Below, in pieces: positions 59,370 through 64,000 of a DNA stretch of 64,000 bases. The position numbers and the translations under genes are program-made. Every line of letters starts with the position of its first letter. The first letter of the stretch is position 1. Below the pieces are notes generated by a model. That model did no database searches. It was not told where the DNA came from and was given only the letters and a program-made list of their open reading frames with translations. The stretch is from Paracoccaceae bacterium (GTDB lineage Bacteria > Pseudomonadota > Alphaproteobacteria > Rhodobacterales > Rhodobacteraceae). The stretch lies in contig OY729418.1 of NCBI GenBank assembly GCA_963422275.1, positions 839,750 through 903,749 of the forward strand, given 5' to 3'.

Positions 59370-60113
59370 ATGATGACTGATGAAGAAGGCGATACCTACA
59401 ACAGACTGATTGTCCGGCACATTTCAAAGAGCATCCGCCGTTTTCCCATTCTCAAAGATGTTAACCTTTACCTGAAAAGAGGTGAGATCGTCGGCATGCT
59501 AGGTCCAAACGGAGCTGGCAAGACTAGCATTTTCTACGCAATTGCGGGACTGATGCTACCAGATTCCGGCAAGATTGCCATCGACGGCCATGACGTATCC
59601 CGTTATCCGATGTACCGAAGATCGAGACTTGGCCTCGGCTATCTTCCGCAGGAAGTGTCGATCTTTCGCGGTCTCACCGTGGAAGACAACATCCGAGCCA
59701 TACTTGAGATCCGCGTACGAGATTCAGATCAACGCGAATTGGAACTCCAGAGACTTCTGCACGAATTTTCACTCATCCATTTGCGAAAGGTGCAGGCGAT
59801 TTCACTTTCAGGAGGAGAACGACGGAGAGTGGAAATCGCCCGCTGCCTCGCGGCCCGCCCCCGCTACATTCTTCTTGACGAACCATTCGCTGGCATCGAC
59901 CCGATTGTCATCAACGACATTCGGACTATGGTGCTGAAACTTCGGACTTACAATATCGGTGTACTCATCACCGACCACAACTTCCACGAAGTGCTGACAA
60001 TCGTCGACAGAGCTTACGTGATGTTCGGCGGCTCCATTCTTGCGAACGGCACTCCGGAAGAAATCAAGAAGAACGAGAGCGTTCGCCGCATCTATTTCGG
60101 AAATAGCCATTAG
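59370..60113 (+). CDS. lptB: LPS export ABC transporter ATP-binding protein
   Basis: Walker A (GPNGAGKTS), signature LSGGERRRVEIAR, Walker B (ILLDEPFAGIDP) and an H-loop (ITDHN). Confidence 0.9.
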   Translation: MMTDEEGDTYNRLIVRHISKSIRRFPILKDVNLYLKRGEIVGMLGPNGAGKTSIFYAIAGLMLPDSGKIAIDGHDVSRYPMYRRSRLGLGYLPQEVSIFRGLTVEDNIRAILEIRVRDSDQRELELQRLLHEFSLIHLRKVQAISLSGGERRRVEIARCLAARPRYILLDEPFAGIDPIVINDIRTMVLKLRTYNIGVLITDHNFHEVLTIVDRAYVMFGGSILANGTPEEIKKNESVRRIYFGNSH

Positions 60114-60392
60114 GGTCAAATACGCTTGGCAATCGCCGAACGAATTCAAGCCAAGAGACCGGAATGCCCACAGGGCCGGGCACGACAAAAAGCAAGACTG
60201 TTCCGAGCGAACTGGCCAACCGCCGGAAAAAGATAATGACACCGCCGTCGAACCGGTATAGGATCGGAAAGGACTCGGTCCCAGGATGATTCGGCGGCAT
60301 AGCCATATTGCCGGAATTGCGGCCGGAGGACATTTTCCGACGAATTCACAGAGTATCGAGGCTTCCGATGCCTGCATTTGCGCGAGGTTTCC

Positions 60393-60995
60393 ATGCAGTA
60401 CAACATTTGCGGACGACACATACACATCGGAGAGAACCTTAATGCACACGTTAAGCAGCACCTTGACCAGATCGTAGGGAAATACGCCGCGCGCCCGACC
60501 TCGGCGCACATCACCTTTTCAAAGTCGGCTCGCCAGCTAACCTGCGAAGTGACGGTGCATCTGTCAACGGGACTATCGGCTCAGGCGAAGTCGAATGCCG
60601 TGGAAATCTATGCCGCCTTCGACTCTTGCTGCGAGAAGCTTGAAAAGCAGCTGCGACGATACAAGCGTCGACTGAAGAATCACCACAAGACGCGTTCATC
60701 CCCCATAGAGTCCATCGAGGTGCCTTCGTATATCCTCGAATCGCATGACGAGCATGTCGAGGTCGACGAACCTGAATCATTGCAACCCGTGATAATCGCC
60801 GAAATTGAAACGAAAGTACCCACTCTTATCGTCGGGGAGGCGGTAATGCAGATGGAGTTGTCGGGCGCATCGGTGCTGGTGTTCCGAAACCAGGCGCACA
60901 ACGGCGTCAATGTCGTGTACAGACGCGACGACGGCAATATCGGCTGGATCGATCCGCGGCAATCCGCCGCCATGGACAGCGCAGGCCAAGCGTGA
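60393..60995 (+). CDS. hpf: ribosome hibernation-promoting factor, long form
   Basis: The start MQYNICGRHIHIGENLNAHV is typical of the HPF/YfiA N-domain. A C-terminal dimerisation-domain-like segment (..VLVFRN..NVVYRRDDGNIGWI) follows. Confidence 0.85.
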   Translation: MQYNICGRHIHIGENLNAHVKQHLDQIVGKYAARPTSAHITFSKSARQLTCEVTVHLSTGLSAQAKSNAVEIYAAFDSCCEKLEKQLRRYKRRLKNHHKTRSSPIESIEVPSYILESHDEHVEVDEPESLQPVIIAEIETKVPTLIVGEAVMQMELSGASVLVFRNQAHNGVNVVYRRDDGNIGWIDPRQSAAMDSAGQA

Positions 60996-61251
60996 CAGTT
61001 CATTTGACCGCCGAACGAACAATCGGGAAGCATGTTGTCTGTGAACGATCCACCAATTCAAAGCAAGGAGCAACCTTCCTGCATTTGACTGCGGACCAGT
61101 GACCCGTGTCGGAGAATGGAGACCGCTCGGATTCACGTCGCTAACTTGCGTCGAGCAACGGAAACCAGGTTCGTCCGGTTTCCGTGAAACTGACGGTCCG
61201 GAAGGTACATCTCCGTCGTCCAGAGCACTTTGTCTGGGACCTGCAGCCTAA

Positions 61252-62475
61252 GGAACCTCTGATTTGGAGGGGTTTTTTTGGTTTTGGCTGCGGATTTTGC
61301 CCTTCCCGGCTGCACCGGTCGGTTTTCGGCGGTCCGGAAGCCGCAAATGCGCGTTTTCGGGGCGAAACCGCCGCCACTTCAGCCCCCGCGGGGCCGGTCC
61401 GGCAAATTCCGGACACACTTCTCCCCTGTCATTGCAAGTGCGGCTGGGCAATCATCAGGTTCGAGAAGCCCAGAAGCAGCGCAAGCCGCTGCACGTTCTT
61501 GTCCAGACCCCGATAGCGAACCATGTCGCAGCCGAACACCCGCTTGATGATCCGGAACGGATGCTCCACCCGCGCCCGCACCCGGGCCTTCGCCTTCTCC
61601 GCCCTGGCCGCGGCGCTGCCCGGCGCCAGCGTCCGGCGCTGGCTCGGGGGCATGGCAATCTGCCACGACACCTCGCGATGCGCGTGCTCCGCGCGCTTGC
61701 CAATCCCGCGGTATCCAGAGTCACCCCAGACTTGCTCCTCCTCGCCGTGCAGAAGCCGATCCGAAGGCGTCAGGTCGTGAACGTTCGCGGCCGTTCCCTC
61801 CAGATGGTGCACCAGACCCCGGGTGTCGGTGCCAATGTGCAGCTTCATCCCGAAATGCCACTGGTTCCCCTTCTTGGTCTGGTGCATCTCCGGATCGCGG
61901 GCGTTGCTCTCGTTCTTGGTCGACGATGGCGCCGAAATGATGGTGGCGTCAACGATGGTGCCCTTCTTCAGCAAAACCCCCCGCTCGGCCAGGTGATCCC
62001 TGATCTCCCGAACAGCTGCTGCGCCAGTCCGTGGTTCTCCAGCCGATGGCGGAAGTTGAGGATCGTCGTCTCGTCCGGAACCTTCTCAAGACTCACCCCG
62101 GCAAAGCGCCGGATGCTCTCCGCCTCGTAAAGCTGGTCCTCCATCAACGGGTCGCTCAGGTTGTAAAACAATTGAACGCAGTGCACGCGCAGCATCACCG
62201 ACAGCGGATACGGCTGTCGCCCCCTGCGGCCGCCCTTCGGATACACCGGCGCAATGCGGGCCTCCAGGCGCTCCCAGGGGATCAGGCTGTCCATCCGCTC
62301 CAGAAAGATCTCGCGGCGCGTCTTGCGCTTCTTGCGATCGTATTCGAGGCTGGCAAAGGTCAATTGCTGAAGGCGCTGCATGTCGTGATCCCCAAAAAAA
62401 GGCGTGGCGCAAAATAACAGGCGCGCACCGGATGCGCAATGCAACGCCCAAAATCAGGCTATATTCAGAGGTTCC
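61252..62475 (-). mobile_element. IS5-family 'type A' element, full-length copy; transposase split over two frames
   Basis: GGAACCTCTGAT...ATTCAGAGGTTCC is flanked by CTAA at 61248-61251 and 62476-62479. ORFs 61968..62444 and 61429..61974 join at ..LAQQLF / EIRDHL.. with a 1-nt frame offset. Confidence 0.9.
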
Positions 62476-64000
62476 CTAATGCCGCACGTCCATTCCAGGT
62501 CTGGGTTGGCTTGGAACCTGTCCACTCGCGAAATGTAGCGAAGAAGCTGCCGCTTCGACCGATCCGCCACCTCGACAAGCCGGGCAAAGAAACTTGCTGG
62601 CAGCAATGAATTCACTCGTGATCGCTTCAAGGATTCCGCCGTCCGAACCATTCGAAACAGCACCTCCTGTTTCACGGCACAATCTGGCCTCTATCTCGCT
62701 TTTTGCAGAACCATGCGGGAATCGAGCCGCCAGCGTCTGGCGCGCCAGTCTCGGTCCGAGCTTGTCATACAGCATCTCCCGCAAGGCCACATCCTCAGGC
62801 GTGGTCGAGAGAGACCATATCTCGGCAGGACCAAGTGTCAGGTAGAGAAGTTGCCGACACTCGCCTTCCTTGTGCCTGAAAATGCACCACACTGGAGTGC
62901 CGCCCTTCGAAGGACCTGCCAGTCTGGTCTTGAGAATGGACTGTTCATGGTCCGTCAGCCCAAACATTTCTCGGAGACAGCGGATGGAATTGCTCGACGG
63001 CGGGCTGAAAACGAAAATTGAGGAGGCCATTTCGAGCACGGAGTTCTCGAAATCCTCCGGCAACTGGGAGGCGAGTGCGATTCTGACATTGTGCTTCCGT
63101 CCCTCCCTGATGTCCTGCAATACCTGCTGTTGAATGCCAGGAATTCGACCAGCACGGTGAAATTCGTCCATGCAAAACAGCTTTGGAGATCTTCTCAGGC
63201 TTTCCGAACGACGTACATGGTAGCTTTCGTAAATTTCAGGCATGTGGCCGGAAATCACGGCAGCCCGAATCTCTTCCACGTCGAGCATCCAATCCCGCAT
63301 CACTATGTGCCTTGCGAGCATGAACATTGCAGCAGCCTGTCGACGTGCACCGTCTCCGCCATCCCCAGACGTCACCTCGTCCAGGTCCAGCGCCACAACG
63401 CTGGCAACCCCCAGATTGAACAGCGTTGGACCCGATAGGATGACGAAGTCTCTTGACGCTTCCGAAATCCTTCTATGGAAGCTGGCGAGCACCGGTTGGC
63501 GGTTCGATCCATCAGTCGCGTCTCCGTACAGCGATATAACCTGTTCCGAATGACTGGCGGAAACCAGATCGGATAACACGGGCACGGCACGCGATTGCGC
63601 CATTGCCGCCTCCGCCACGCGGCCCGCAGCAAACAGGGCATCAGCTGCCTCCCACCAACTTGGACAGGTGCGGCACTGGAAATCTATTTCCTTGAAGGCA
63701 GAATCGACTGCGGGCACTTCGCCCGCGATGTACCTTTTCGGGTTGCGGTCGTCGCAGACATCTTCGTAAGCGAGGTCCACCACCGCCCCTATAAGTCCTG
63801 TCAGCGCGCCCGTCATGCCCGGCTTGCCGTCGCAGCAAAGCACGATAAGAAAATTGACGAGAAACGATCGTTCAGACGCGAACGGCTTGCGCATTCCGAG
63901 ACATGTGTCGAAGACATTGACAGCGTGCTTGGGCGTCATCTTCAGCTTGAAGTGACCGGCTTCATGACGCCGCCGTGCCGGAAGCGCCTCCCTTATGAGT
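62476..64000 (-). CDS. C-terminal part of an ICE-type conjugative transfer ATPase (VirB4/TraC-like, PFL_4706-type); 5' end outside the window
   Basis: The frame is open to the window edge. It has a Walker B-like FCMDEFH and the C-terminal ..LGPAEIWSLSTTPEDV..FPHGSAKSEIE.. typical of ICE conjugative ATPases. The stop codon lies in the CTAA target duplication of the IS. Confidence 0.7.
   Translation of the reverse strand, partial: LIREALPARRRHEAGHFKLKMTPKHAVNVFDTCLGMRKPFASERSFLVNFLIVLCCDGKPGMTGALTGLIGAVVDLAYEDVCDDRNPKRYIAGEVPAVDSAFKEIDFQCRTCPSWWEAADALFAAGRVAEAAMAQSRAVPVLSDLVSASHSEQVISLYGDATDGSNRQPVLASFHRRISEASRDFVILSGPTLFNLGVASVVALDLDEVTSGDGGDGARRQAAAMFMLARHIVMRDWMLDVEEIRAAVISGHMPEIYESYHVRRSESLRRSPKLFCMDEFHRAGRIPGIQQQVLQDIREGRKHNVRIALASQLPEDFENSVLEMASSIFVFSPPSSNSIRCLREMFGLTDHEQSILKTRLAGPSKGGTPVWCIFRHKEGECRQLLYLTLGPAEIWSLSTTPEDVALREMLYDKLGPRLARQTLAARFPHGSAKSEIEARLCRETGGAVSNGSDGGILEAITSEFIAASKFLCPACRGGGSVEAAASSLHFASGQVPSQPRPGMDVRH

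Noticed and set aside
60114-60392. Remnant of rpoN between lptB and hpf
   Set aside because: Translations of all frames give no RpoN-like segment (no RpoN box ARRTVAKYR, no Gln-rich N-terminus). The gap is simply short intergenic DNA.
6159-62479. CRISPR-like or other arrayed repeats suggested by recurring sequence blocks
   Set aside because: Every recurring block resolves into dispersed IS copies or their deletion derivatives. These are long, carry inverted repeats and are irregularly spaced. No short direct repeats with uniform spacers were seen.

Overview
The backbone looks like an alphaproteobacterial-type chromosome. Evidence is the synteny ftsK-lolA, DUF3576-leuS-lptE-holA and kdsD-lptC-lptA-lptB-hpf, plus fhs, ribA, yggS, pmbA, a ubiH-like gene and tRNA-Leu(CAG). 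Two ABC uptake clusters are present, one for a sugar and one of the NitT/TauT type. This housekeeping backbone is heavily interrupted by decayed mobile DNA:
- Four copies or fragments of an IS5-family element with GGAACCTCTGA ends ('type A').
- Four to five remnants of a second IS5-family element ('type B', transposase starting MDFF...).
- Three IS427-like copies.
- IS1595-family material: one cargo-carrying element, two MITE-like derivatives and one ISXO2-like remnant.
- One ISAs1 fragment.

Conflict modules sit inside or beside these elements: vapBC, a Fic toxin-antitoxin pair, a type II restriction-modification (R-M) pair, an hsdM fragment, an orphan macrodomain gene, and the edge of an ICE-type conjugative ATPase gene.

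The observations most worth follow-up are:
1. An R-M gene pair that appears to be cargo of an IS1595-family element bounded by about 25-bp inverted repeats.
2. A composite transposon whose two IS427-like arms share the same deletion. It carries vapBC and is inserted with a TA duplication into an IS5-type copy.
3. A 639-aa fusion of a PcpC-like GST/dehalogenase domain to an intradiol (hydroxyquinol-type) dioxygenase.
4. A sugar cluster using an ADP-dependent-kinase-family enzyme and an orphan class I aldolase-like protein.
5. A homologous noncoding 3' module of about 180 nt retained by every IS5-family copy and deletion derivative.

I found no CRISPR array, rRNA or convincing riboswitch. All homology statements come from reading the translations by eye and from memory of family motifs. 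None is a database result.
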